Part shown: piece after piece, positions 10,203 through 19,283 of the stretch
Numbering within the stretch: the first letter of the stretch is position 1
How the letters are laid out: every line of letters begins with the position of its first letter
Source: an uncultured Clostridia bacterium
GTDB lineage: Bacteria > Bacillota_I > Bacilli_A > RF39 > UBA660
Reading direction: 5' to 3'
Assembly: GCA_947165945.1 (NCBI GenBank)
Contig: CAMVCF010000001.1
Location: 957 to 64,956, forward strand
Length of the DNA: 64,000 nt
The notes under the pieces: generated by a model
Database searches by the model: none
Told to the model about the DNA's origin: nothing
Seen by the model: only the letters and a program-made list of their open reading frames with translations
Program-made: the position numbers and the translations under genes

Positions 10203-10277
10203 TGCCCCATAGCCAAGCGGTAAGGCAGTGGACTCTGACTCCATTATGCGTTAGTTCGAATCTAACTGGGGCAACCA
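10203..10277 (+). tRNA. tRNA-Gln (anticodon CUG) by manual fold
   Basis: Acceptor TGCCCCA/TGGGGCA, T-arm GTTAG-TTCGAAT-CTAAC, anticodon loop CTCTGAC, encoded CCA. Confidence 0.75.
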
Positions 10278-10285
10278 TAGAAATT

Positions 10286-10309
10286 AATCTCTTAAAGAGA
10301 TTTTTTTTA
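10286..10309 (+). terminator. Terminator after tRNA-Gln
   Basis: aatctctt-aa-agagatt hairpin followed by T9. Confidence 0.55.
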
Positions 10310-10325
10310 TAAAAAAAGAAGAAGA

Positions 10326-12071
10326 CTAGTAAGTCATTCCTCCCCATTCTACAACAGTAAATCCAAATCTTTTAAATGTTTTTAGTTTTTGTTCTTTAAT
10401 ATCTACATAATTATTAACTTTTTTAATGTGAATAGATACACGGATCATACTATCAGGTGTTGGTGTAATTATCAATTTATTACCTTTTTCTCTTTCACTT
10501 GTTAATTCAAAATAAACTAAACTTTTACCATTTTTTTCTAAAACTGGTAACCAATACATAATAAATTCATTTCTTTCTCGATCATTTAATCCAATAAGTG
10601 TTAATTTTTCTTCTAAGAATTCTATTGCATTATCACTAACGAAAAATCCTTCATGAAAATCTACTTCACTGAATCTCACTTCATCCCAATATAAAGCATA
10701 GTAATATTTATTATTTTTATCATATAAATCTCCATTTGGATTAGCAACAACATGCCAACTTTTTTCATATTTAGGATAAGTTGTTGTTAAATATTCTGGA
10801 TGAGCAAATGAAACTTCTACATTTAAAGTTTTAGGTGGATATAAATATAAAACTGGCTTAGCACGTCCTCCTTCTGGAGTTTTTACAGCAAATGTTTTTA
10901 CTTCTCCTGTTGTTGTATAACAGTATTCTATTCCATAATTTCCATTTGAATCTTCTTGATCATAATAAACCACAACGTATACTCCTTCAGGTTTATCAGT
11001 TTCACCCATACTATCTAAACGACTTCTTGTATAATATCCAGATATAGCCCAATTATCATATCTATTAGTACTTTTCCACTCTCCTAATGAAACCGCTTCG
11101 TCTTTATCAACATCACTAAGCATTAATTTATTATTTAAAACATAAACAGCATAGTTTTCAATAAGTCCTTTAACATCTGTTAAATTCTTGCTTGTTAAAA
11201 CCAACTTTCCATCTATATCATATTTTTTTACAGTATTAGAATCAACAATATAAGCATATTGATCTTTAAAACTTAATTGACCTTCATTTAATGTTTTATC
11301 AAAAATTAATTCTTTAGAATTAGAATAAACTTTAAAAATATTAAATCCATCAACATCAGTTACATAATAAAAGTTTTTATCATTAACATTTTCTACTCTA
11401 AAGGTATCGATCATAATATAACATCTATTTTCTAGATTTTCCATTTCATAAACTATTTCTTCTTTTTCAACACCTGTATTTAATAAATAAATATTATTTC
11501 CTTTAGCAGCATTTAAATAATTGCTATTATATATACTTGATATAGTATCATATTTTTCATCATACATTTTTTGTTTACTATCTAAATTATAATATCCACC
11601 TATTGCTTTACAATCATCTTCAGATGGATTTGAATAAATAATTCCTAATAATTTGTCATTTGCTACTACAAAATTATAGTTTTGATAATTATTATCTAAA
11701 GAAATTTTAGTACTTTTCTTTAAGTTAGTATCATAAATTTTCAAACCGTTATCTTCGTATAAAAAATAATTGGTATTTCCATAACTTACACTTATTATTT
11801 TAGCATTTTCAGTTTCTGTTTTTATTACTAATGAAACATCTTTACAATAATTTTCATCATAATTTAAACAAATTGAACCACTTTCATTTTTATAAATATT
11901 CATAGTGTATTTTAAATTATCATCAGTTTCTTCTACATCAAGAGAATTTTCATTATCATCAGTTTTACTTAACATTTGAGAAATAAAATATCCTGAAAAT
12001 ATTAATACTATTCCTAACACTAATAAACAAATTATAATTACCTTTTTATTACTTTTTTTACTTTCTTCCAT
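10326..12071 (-). CDS. Hypothetical membrane-anchored extracellular protein (581 aa)
   Basis: N-terminal TM (VIIICLLVLGIVLIFSGYFI) and a large extracytoplasmic region with no recognisable catalytic motif. Confidence 0.5.
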   Translation of the reverse strand: MEESKKSNKKVIIICLLVLGIVLIFSGYFISQMLSKTDDNENSLDVEETDDNLKYTMNIYKNESGSICLNYDENYCKDVSLVIKTETENAKIISVSYGNTNYFLYEDNGLKIYDTNLKKSTKISLDNNYQNYNFVVANDKLLGIIYSNPSEDDCKAIGGYYNLDSKQKMYDEKYDTISSIYNSNYLNAAKGNNIYLLNTGVEKEEIVYEMENLENRCYIMIDTFRVENVNDKNFYYVTDVDGFNIFKVYSNSKELIFDKTLNEGQLSFKDQYAYIVDSNTVKKYDIDGKLVLTSKNLTDVKGLIENYAVYVLNNKLMLSDVDKDEAVSLGEWKSTNRYDNWAISGYYTRSRLDSMGETDKPEGVYVVVYYDQEDSNGNYGIEYCYTTTGEVKTFAVKTPEGGRAKPVLYLYPPKTLNVEVSFAHPEYLTTTYPKYEKSWHVVANPNGDLYDKNNKYYYALYWDEVRFSEVDFHEGFFVSDNAIEFLEEKLTLIGLNDRERNEFIMYWLPVLEKNGKSLVYFELTSEREKGNKLIITPTPDSMIRVSIHIKKVNNYVDIKEQKLKTFKRFGFTVVEWGGMTY

Positions 12072-12147
12072 TTTTATCCTACCTTCCTATTTTAATATAA
12101 CATGAAAAAATATTCATTTTAAGTTTTTTCCACAATTATGTGGATAA

Positions 12148-12711
12148 TTATATTTCTTCCTCTGTATATTTTGAATCATAAAGATCAACATCATCAATTA
12201 CTTCAACTTTATCTTCTATTTTGGGAAGTTCATTTATACTTGACATATTAAAGTAATCTAAAAAATCACTTGTTGTTTTATAAAGAATTGGTCTTCCTGG
12301 TAAGTCACTTTTGCCAACCTCTTTGATAAATCCCTTAGCAACTAGTTTTCTAATCATTGGAGCACTTGAAATTCCCCTAATTGAATCGACTTCTCCTCTT
12401 GTTATTGGTTCATTATAAGCAATTATTGCAAGAGTTTCTATTGCACTATTTGATAAAGTATTAGCTGACGGGTTAGTAAGTAATTTTTCATAATACTCTT
12501 TATGTTCTTTTTTAGTTGTTAATTTAAATGCATCTCCTAAAATACTAAGTCTAATTCCTCGATCAGGACTTTCATAATCCTCTTTTAATTCTAAAATTAA
12601 CTTTTTTAACTCTTCTTTAGAAATATTTAATATTTCTAAAAGCTCTTTAACTGTTGCACCACTATCTCCCTGAACAAACAAAATACCTTCTAATACACCT
12701 TTTAAATTCAT
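12148..12711 (-). CDS. scpB: Segregation and condensation protein B
   Basis: ILFVQGDSGATVKELLEIL...AYNEPITRGEVDSIRG. Confidence 0.88.
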   Translation of the reverse strand: MNLKGVLEGILFVQGDSGATVKELLEILNISKEELKKLILELKEDYESPDRGIRLSILGDAFKLTTKKEHKEYYEKLLTNPSANTLSNSAIETLAIIAYNEPITRGEVDSIRGISSAPMIRKLVAKGFIKEVGKSDLPGRPILYKTTSDFLDYFNMSSINELPKIEDKVEVIDDVDLYDSKYTEEEI

Positions 12712-12712
12712 T

Positions 12713-13411
12713 TTACTCTACCGCCTCACATATAATGGTTCCAAAACTATTTTCTTGATATATTTCAATCTCTCCAAACTTAGTCATTTCTAAAATAGCA
12801 AGAAATGTTGCTACAACATATGGTTTAGTTTTCTCTTCAAATAATTCATCAAATGGAATTCTTTTTACACTTTTAAACTTTTCTTTTATTCTTAATACTC
12901 TTGATTCAATTGATATTTCTCTTTTAGTAACTTTGGTTGAAATTGGTTTTTCATCTTCAAGTCTTATTAAAAGATTTTTATAAGCATTTATTAAGGTATC
13001 AATTGTTAAATCACTTACTATTTTTTCATCATTTTTATATTCAAGAATACTACTAGGACTCTTTGTTTTATAATTTGATCTTTCAAGTTCAAGTTCTTTA
13101 AAAGATGGAATTAATTCTTTATATTTTTCATAGCTAACAAGTCTATTAATTAAATCTTCTTTTAATTCTTCAACATCATTATCTTCATCATGTGGAAGTA
13201 ACATTCGAGATTTTATTTCTATTAATTCTGATGCCATAACTAAATAAGATGAAGCTATATTTAAATTCATTTTTTCAAGATTATTAATATAATTTAAATA
13301 TTCATCTATTATAACTTCTAATTTAATTTCAAGTATATCCATTTTCTTTTTCTTTATTAAATGTAAAAGTAAATCCATTGGCCCTTGAAAATTATCTAAA
13401 CTAATATCCAT
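12713..13411 (-). CDS. scpA: Segregation and condensation protein A
   Basis: FQGPMDLLLHLIKKKKMDILEIKLEVIIDEYL; adjacent to scpB. Confidence 0.88.
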   Translation of the reverse strand: MDISLDNFQGPMDLLLHLIKKKKMDILEIKLEVIIDEYLNYINNLEKMNLNIASSYLVMASELIEIKSRMLLPHDEDNDVEELKEDLINRLVSYEKYKELIPSFKELELERSNYKTKSPSSILEYKNDEKIVSDLTIDTLINAYKNLLIRLEDEKPISTKVTKREISIESRVLRIKEKFKSVKRIPFDELFEEKTKPYVVATFLAILEMTKFGEIEIYQENSFGTIICEAVE

Positions 13412-13450
13412 ATCATCAAATCCTTATAATAAAAGTATAGCACAAAAGAA

Positions 13451-13482
13451 AAAAACTTCAAACAAATATTAAAGTTTTTATT
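13451..13482 (-). terminator. Terminator downstream of the LRR surface-protein gene
   Basis: aaactt ... aagttt hairpin followed by a T-run on the minus strand. Confidence 0.4.
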
Positions 13483-13494
13483 CTTATTTAATTA

Positions 13495-15300
13495 TTAAAA
13501 AGCATCACATACTGTATTTCCAGATCCATATATAGTTACTCCACTTGCTGTATATGGACTATTATTTGATAACCAAGGATAATAGTTAGTACCTACACTT
13601 AATAAATTATTTTTAATATCATTACATGATTTATTTATTGTTATACTAGCAAGATTTGGATTATCGTAATACGTTACTTCACTCCATGTACTTGTAGCAT
13701 TTGATTTTTCAAATGCAATCCTACCTATTGAAGTTATTCCATTTCCTATCGTAACATTGGTTAATTGATTATAGGAAAAAGCAGAATTTCCTATTGTTGT
13801 TACACTATTTGGTATTTCAACACTCGTCAATTGATTATTTCCAAAAGCAGAATCTCCTATTGTTGTTATTCCGTTTCCTATAGTTACACTTGTTAATTGA
13901 TTACCATAAAAAGCTCCTTCTCTTATTGTTGTTACACTATTTGGTATCGTAACACTCGTCAATTGATTATTAAAAAAAACATAGTCTTCTATTGTTATAA
14001 CGCTATCTGGTATCTCAACACTCGTCAATTGATTATTTCTAAAAGCAGAATTTCCTATTGTTGTTATTCCGTTTGCTATAGTTACACTTGTTAATCGATT
14101 ATCTCTAAAAGCCTCATCTCCTATTGTTGTTACACCACTAGGAATACTTACACTAGTTAATTGTCCACCAGCAAATGCATGTTGCCCAATCTCTACAATT
14201 CCTTCAGAAATTAAAACACTTTCTAAATAACCATGATATTCATCCCATTCATCACGTGGTACAACGACAGTAAAAGCATTATCTCCTATTCTTGTAACTC
14301 TTTTACCATTTATAGTTGTAGGTATTACTACAGAATCAGTACTACAAGCATATGAAATATTTACTATATTATGTTCTTCGAAATATGCTATTGCTTCACT
14401 ATCAAAAAAACCAACATCTAAAATAAATTGAAATGTATTTCCCCAAATAGTTCCTGTTCCATCACAAAATGCTTGATATGTTTCTCCAACATCAACTGTA
14501 TTTCCTTCTTCTTCCGCACCCCAAAGTGTTGTTAAATAACTCACACAAACCTGCAATTCTTCATTTGTCATATTTTGATTAAGTTCAAATTTATCTTCCG
14601 TATTATAATGGGTTATAGTTACAGTATTATCTCCATTATCAACAGTTGTAAAACAACTTTCATCAGTTGAAGCTTCTTCCATACTTTTTTCTGTAAAGTC
14701 TCCGGTTACTGATACTCTTATACTTCCAAATAAATTATTCCAGGTTGAAATATCATAATCAATTCCAGAGTTACCTGTATTACCTATTACTACATCATTT
14801 GATATCCACATATATAGTCTATATGTTTTAGTTATTTCGTTCATTGTATTTTTATTAATTGTTTCTACATGTATTCTTGTTGCACTTGATAGATCGTTAT
14901 AACTTTTGTTTGTAAATATTTCTGTTTCTGCATTATTTACTACTTCAACTAGTCTAAATTTTAAGAATTTATCTTGTATTCTGTTTGCTTCTAATTTTCC
15001 AGTTGGAACTAGTCCTCTATTTAGATTAATATCATAATAGATATCATATTTTGTATTGGTATTCTTTCCTACTATTTGAAATTCAAAATAGTTATTTGGA
15101 TCGTATGTACTTGATGGTAATGCATTTTCAAGTGTTAATGTATTAGACTCTTTATAATGCATATAAATATCACCGGTTACTAGTTCTTGATTTAATCCAG
15201 TTTGTGAGTAACTAAATACGGCATATGTTATTCCTACTATTCCTATTAATAAAACTAATACTAAAGTTATAATTAATATTTTTTTCTTTTTACTATTCAT
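13495..15300 (-). CDS. Surface protein with TasA/SipW-cognate-type N-terminus and a BspA-type leucine-rich-repeat C-terminal half
   Basis: The N-terminus ...GITYAVFSYSQTGLNQELVTGDIYMHYKE resembles SipW-cognate signal/TasA-like domains. The C-terminal half has at least 8 tandem 23-aa units of NQLTSVTIPNSVTTIG(D/N)SAF. Confidence 0.7.
   Translation of the reverse strand: MNSKKKKILIITLVLVLLIGIVGITYAVFSYSQTGLNQELVTGDIYMHYKESNTLTLENALPSSTYDPNNYFEFQIVGKNTNTKYDIYYDINLNRGLVPTGKLEANRIQDKFLKFRLVEVVNNAETEIFTNKSYNDLSSATRIHVETINKNTMNEITKTYRLYMWISNDVVIGNTGNSGIDYDISTWNNLFGSIRVSVTGDFTEKSMEEASTDESCFTTVDNGDNTVTITHYNTEDKFELNQNMTNEELQVCVSYLTTLWGAEEEGNTVDVGETYQAFCDGTGTIWGNTFQFILDVGFFDSEAIAYFEEHNIVNISYACSTDSVVIPTTINGKRVTRIGDNAFTVVVPRDEWDEYHGYLESVLISEGIVEIGQHAFAGGQLTSVSIPSGVTTIGDEAFRDNRLTSVTIANGITTIGNSAFRNNQLTSVEIPDSVITIEDYVFFNNQLTSVTIPNSVTTIREGAFYGNQLTSVTIGNGITTIGDSAFGNNQLTSVEIPNSVTTIGNSAFSYNQLTNVTIGNGITSIGRIAFEKSNATSTWSEVTYYDNPNLASITINKSCNDIKNNLLSVGTNYYPWLSNNSPYTASGVTIYGSGNTVCDAF
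13735..14165. repeat. Tandem near-identical 69-bp DNA repeats encoding the LRR units
   Basis: The ctattgttgttacactatttggtat...aacactcgtcaattgattatt unit recurs about 6 times with few substitutions. Confidence 0.7.
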
Positions 15301-15435
15301 ATTTTTCTCCTCCTATTTTCTCTATGATAAATCCATTATAAATTATTTTTTACATAAGATCAACTCCTTTTTATAATAAAAGACACTTGAAAAAGATATG
15401 ATTAACATATCAATTTCAAATGTCTTAATTTATGT

Positions 15436-15480
15436 TTTATTAAATGTATATTATAAGATACTAAATTAGTACCCCCCCCA
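15436..15480 (-). promoter_or_regulatory. Candidate promoter of the LRR gene containing a G8 (C8 on the + strand) homopolymer immediately upstream of the spacer and TATAAT
   Basis: The minus strand reads TCAACCATGGGGGGGGTACTAATTTAGTATCTTATAAT. The C8 run is at 15472-15479 and is the only long G/C homopolymer in the window. Confidence 0.4.
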
Positions 15481-15593
15481 TGGTTGACTTAGAGTTAACT
15501 TTTTTATTAATACTTTCCATATAATCACTACCTTTTATTTATGTGATAATCATATCAAATATTTTTTTATTTGTCTAGAGTTTTGATGATCTT

Positions 15594-16259
15594 TTATTCT
15601 ATTATTTCAAAATGATTTCCATTATCAAGATGTAATATACCTTTTTTACCATTAAGTTCTTGTAAAACATTTTCGTATTTATTTATATTTGATAATCTTG
15701 TTGTTGTAATATAAACATAGTTTCCATCATTCATATAAAATAGAAATAGATCTTTATCATATTCATTTGGTGTATATTCAATTTCAGATATTTTAGCTAA
15801 AATATTTTTATCAATGGTATCAAGTTTTTTTAAGAAATCTTTTAATACATCATCATCTACTACATTTATTAAAGAAGGTAGTCCATATACAAAATTATCT
15901 GGTGTTATTTTAATTTGATTAGATAAATAAATTTTATTATCTACTTCATCTTTTAATAACATATTATATTCTTCTATATTAATATCGATTCTTCCAAATA
16001 TATTTTTTTTTATTTTTACTTTAGATACAATCGGATTCATTTTTATTTTACTTTCCATTTTGGAAATAGAAATACTAAATAGTTTAGGATAATTCTCAAT
16101 TCCTGCAAGTTCTATTATTTCTTGATCAGATAAAATACTATTTCCTTTAATATAAATATTTTTTATTTTAGCATTTTTTACTAAAATAACTCCTAAAACT
16201 ATAAATATTATAACCCCTATAAAAATAATTAATTTTTTTTTATTCTTTTTCTTTTTCAC
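15594..16259 (-). CDS. divIB: Cell division protein DivIB/FtsQ (POTRA domain)
   Basis: N-terminal TM then IKNIYIKGNSILSDQEIIELAGI, a POTRA-like region. Sits in a dcw context upstream of murB/murG. Confidence 0.7.
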   Translation of the reverse strand: MKKKKNKKKLIIFIGVIIFIVLGVILVKNAKIKNIYIKGNSILSDQEIIELAGIENYPKLFSISISKMESKIKMNPIVSKVKIKKNIFGRIDINIEEYNMLLKDEVDNKIYLSNQIKITPDNFVYGLPSLINVVDDDVLKDFLKKLDTIDKNILAKISEIEYTPNEYDKDLFLFYMNDGNYVYITTTRLSNINKYENVLQELNGKKGILHLDNGNHFEIIE

Positions 16260-17169
16260 TTAATTCACTCCAATTAATTAATCTTTGTTCTACTCTTAAA
16301 TTAATATCATATTTTTCTTTAGCTTCTTCTTTTACATGATCAATTATTTCTTTTATATCAGATGCTTTAGCATTTCCAGTATTTATGATAAAGTTTGCAT
16401 GTTTCGTGCTAATTTCAGCACCACCTACATGATATCCTTTTAAATTAAGATCTTCAATAAGCTTTCCTGCAAATAATCCTTCGGGATTTCTAAATACAGA
16501 GCCAGCTGATGGATATTCTAAAGGTTGAGTTCTTTTTCTTTTTAATTTTCGATCTTTAATTATTTCTTCGAGCATTTCTCTTTCTCCATGGCCAAGTTCA
16601 AGTGTTGCTCCTAAACAAATATAACCTTTATGATGTTGTAAGAATGATTCTCTGTAATCAAATTTCATCTGATCTTTTGTTAAAGTTTTTATTTTCAATT
16701 CCGGTGTTAAAACTGTTACGTCTTTAATAACCCCTTTCATATTGGATCCGTACGCACCTGCATTCATGAAAACTGCTCCACCTAAAGTTCCAGGAATTCC
16801 TGATGCAAATTCTAAACCTGAAAGTCCACGACGAGCACATTCTAAAGAAAGTTTAATTAATGGATACCCTGCTCCAACATGAACAATATTATCTAAAAAA
16901 CTTATTTCATCAAAATAATCTAATTTTATAATAATTCCATCATAAACATCATCACTAAATAAAACATTACTACCATTTCCTAAAATAAAATATTTTATAT
17001 CTTCTCTATTTATAATTTTCATTAAAGAAATAAGTTTTTCAATAGATTTTGGATAAACTAAAATTTTAGCAATACCACCAACTTTATAAGTTGTATATTT
17101 TGATAAACTTGCATCTATCTTGATATCACCAATATTAGCTGTCATGATCTCATTTATTATTTTCTCCAT
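16240..17169 (-). CDS. murB: UDP-N-acetylenolpyruvoylglucosamine reductase
   Basis: FAD-binding LGNGSNVLFSDD and SGLEFASGIPGTLGGAVFMNAGAYG. Confidence 0.88.
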   Translation of the reverse strand: MEKIINEIMTANIGDIKIDASLSKYTTYKVGGIAKILVYPKSIEKLISLMKIINREDIKYFILGNGSNVLFSDDVYDGIIIKLDYFDEISFLDNIVHVGAGYPLIKLSLECARRGLSGLEFASGIPGTLGGAVFMNAGAYGSNMKGVIKDVTVLTPELKIKTLTKDQMKFDYRESFLQHHKGYICLGATLELGHGEREMLEEIIKDRKLKRKRTQPLEYPSAGSVFRNPEGLFAGKLIEDLNLKGYHVGGAEISTKHANFIINTGNAKASDIKEIIDHVKEEAKEKYDINLRVEQRLINWSELSEKEKE

Positions 17170-18247
17170 TTAAGTCACTTCCCACTAAATTTAAAATTAT
17201 TTTTAGAATTTCTTCGCTGCTAGTAACTTTTCCTAGTTTTAAAGAATTTTCATGCATTTCTTTATAAAGAGTTTTGTTATTTAAAACATAATCTATTTTT
17301 TCTAGTAAATTATTTGCATTAAAGTCTTTTTCTTCTAAAAGAATTGAAGCTTTGGCATCAACTAATTCTTTTGCATTATAAAATTGATGATTATTTGCAA
17401 CATATGGGCTTGGTACTAAAATACTAGGAAGTCCTATAGCTGTTACTTCTGCAATTGTTGATGCTCCTGCACGAGTTACTATTAAATCACAACTTTTTAA
17501 AACATTCAACATATTATCTAAAAATGGAACAATTTTTACATTTTTTATTTCATATTTTTTAAAATTATCATAATAGTTTTTTCCAGTTACTAAAATTACT
17601 TCATAATCCTTATCTTTAAATTTAGGAATAATATTTTCTAGTTCTTTATTTATAGTCATTGATCCAAGGGACCCCATTACAATTAAAACTAATTTTTTAT
17701 CATGAGATAAACCTAATTCCTTTTTATCTATTTTTTTAGCATTTGCAACTTCACTACTACGAGGATTTCCTGTAAATATAACTTTTTCTTTAGGAAAATA
17801 TTTAATACTGCCTGGCAAGCTTACAGCAATTTTATCAGCATACTTAATAAGTATTTTATTAGATTTTCCAGGAATAGAGTTTTGCTCATGAATCAAAGTT
17901 TTATATCCAAGTTTTTTAGCTTCATAGATAACTGGAAATGTCACATATCCACCTACTCCAATTACAATATCTGGATTAAATTTCTTTAGTTCAGTCTTAA
18001 CTATTTTCATAGATTTCATTAAAAGTTTTAAGCTAGAAATTGATTTTTTTATATTTTTGCTAAGTCCTTTCATTTCGATTCCAATATATGGAATTCCTTC
18101 TTTAGGAATTATTTCATGTTCCATTCGATCAGTTGTTCCTATATATAGAAATTGAGAATTTTTATCAGCTTCTTTTATTTTTTTTATAATACTTATTGCA
18201 GGATAAATATGTCCACCGGTTCCCCCAGCACTTATTACTATTTTCAT
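17150..18247 (-). CDS. murG: Undecaprenyldiphospho-muramoylpentapeptide beta-N-acetylglucosaminyltransferase
   Basis: MKIVISAGGTGGHIYPAISI. Start taken at the internal ATG; the ORF track extends it to 18298. Confidence 0.88.
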   Translation of the reverse strand: MKIVISAGGTGGHIYPAISIIKKIKEADKNSQFLYIGTTDRMEHEIIPKEGIPYIGIEMKGLSKNIKKSISSLKLLMKSMKIVKTELKKFNPDIVIGVGGYVTFPVIYEAKKLGYKTLIHEQNSIPGKSNKILIKYADKIAVSLPGSIKYFPKEKVIFTGNPRSSEVANAKKIDKKELGLSHDKKLVLIVMGSLGSMTINKELENIIPKFKDKDYEVILVTGKNYYDNFKKYEIKNVKIVPFLDNMLNVLKSCDLIVTRAGASTIAEVTAIGLPSILVPSPYVANNHQFYNAKELVDAKASILLEEKDFNANNLLEKIDYVLNNKTLYKEMHENSLKLGKVTSSEEILKIILNLVGSDLNGENNK

Positions 18248-18393
18248 TCTATCACCCAATTCATTACTATTATTATACCATATTATATGATAAGTCAAAA
18301 ATAAATTTATTTTTCTAAAAAAATTGACGAATAATATTCATCTTGTTATAATTAAAATGTATTTGAAAATACTATAAAAGAAAGGATTTATAT

Positions 18394-19278
18394 ATGGAAA
18401 AAGCTAAAGTTTATTTTACAAGTAAAATTACTCCTGAAAGTTTAGTTGCAATTTATGAAAAACTTGGAGTTTCCTTAAAAGGAAAAGTTGGAATTAAAAT
18501 ATCTACAGGTGAAATGGGAGGCAATAATTATTTAAAACCTGAGTTAATTAAAGACTTAGTTCATAAATTAAATGGTACTATAATTGAATGTAATACAGCG
18601 TATCCAGGAAAAAGAAATACAGTAGATGATCATTTAAAAGTTGCCAAAGAACATGGATTTCTTGATATAAGTGATGTTGATATTATGGATAGTGATGGTG
18701 AAATGGAAATACCTTGTAATGGAAAACACTTGGATGTAGATATAGTTGGAAATCACTTACAAAATTATGATTCTATGCTTAATCTTGCTCACTTTAAAGG
18801 ACATGCAATGGGTGGCTTTGGAGGAGCACTTAAAAATCAGTCTATAGGAGTTGCTAGTCGAAATGGAAAAGCTTATATTCATTCAGTTGGAATTACAAAA
18901 GATCCAGATGAATGTTGGCAATATACAAGCGATCAAATTGGATTTTTAGAATCAATGGCAGAAGCTGCAAAAGCTGTAAGTGATTATTTTAAAGAAAATG
19001 GAAAAGCAATTCTTTATATAAATGTTATGAATAATTTATCAGTTGACTGTGATTGTGATTCAAATCCAGAGGATCCTTGTATGAATGATATTGGAATTCT
19101 TGCATCAACTGATCCAGTTGCTCTTGATAAAGCCTCTATTGATAAAATTTGGCAATCGAATGATCAAGGACGTGATCATTTTATAAAACGAGTTGAAAGA
19201 CAAAGTGGAAGACATATCTTACCTTATGCTGAAAGTATTGGACTAGGTAGTCAAGAATATGAATTAATAGAATTTTAA
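18394..19278 (+). CDS. DUF362 domain protein
   Basis: MEKAKVYFTSKIT...GIKISTGEMGGNNYLKPEL...ECNTAY is typical of the DUF362 family. Cys-rich C-terminus CDCDSNPEDPC. Confidence 0.6.
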   Translation: MEKAKVYFTSKITPESLVAIYEKLGVSLKGKVGIKISTGEMGGNNYLKPELIKDLVHKLNGTIIECNTAYPGKRNTVDDHLKVAKEHGFLDISDVDIMDSDGEMEIPCNGKHLDVDIVGNHLQNYDSMLNLAHFKGHAMGGFGGALKNQSIGVASRNGKAYIHSVGITKDPDECWQYTSDQIGFLESMAEAAKAVSDYFKENGKAILYINVMNNLSVDCDCDSNPEDPCMNDIGILASTDPVALDKASIDKIWQSNDQGRDHFIKRVERQSGRHILPYAESIGLGSQEYELIEF

Positions 19279-19283
19279 AAAGT
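19276..19283. repeat. Left 8-bp target-site duplication TAAAAAGT of the IS256-family element
   Basis: Identical 8-mer at 20680-20687 directly abutting the other IS end. Confidence 0.7.

Noticed and set aside
10150-10347. 65-aa minus-strand ORF
   Set aside because: Overlaps the tRNA-Gln gene on the opposite strand; spurious.
13897-14094. 65-aa + strand ORF in the LRR gene region
   Set aside because: Antisense reading of the tandem LRR repeats, rich in Cys/Tyr from repeat codons; spurious.
13735-14165. Possible CRISPR array suggested by regular repeats
   Set aside because: The repeats are contiguous 69-bp coding units of an LRR protein with no spacers and no cas genes; not CRISPR.
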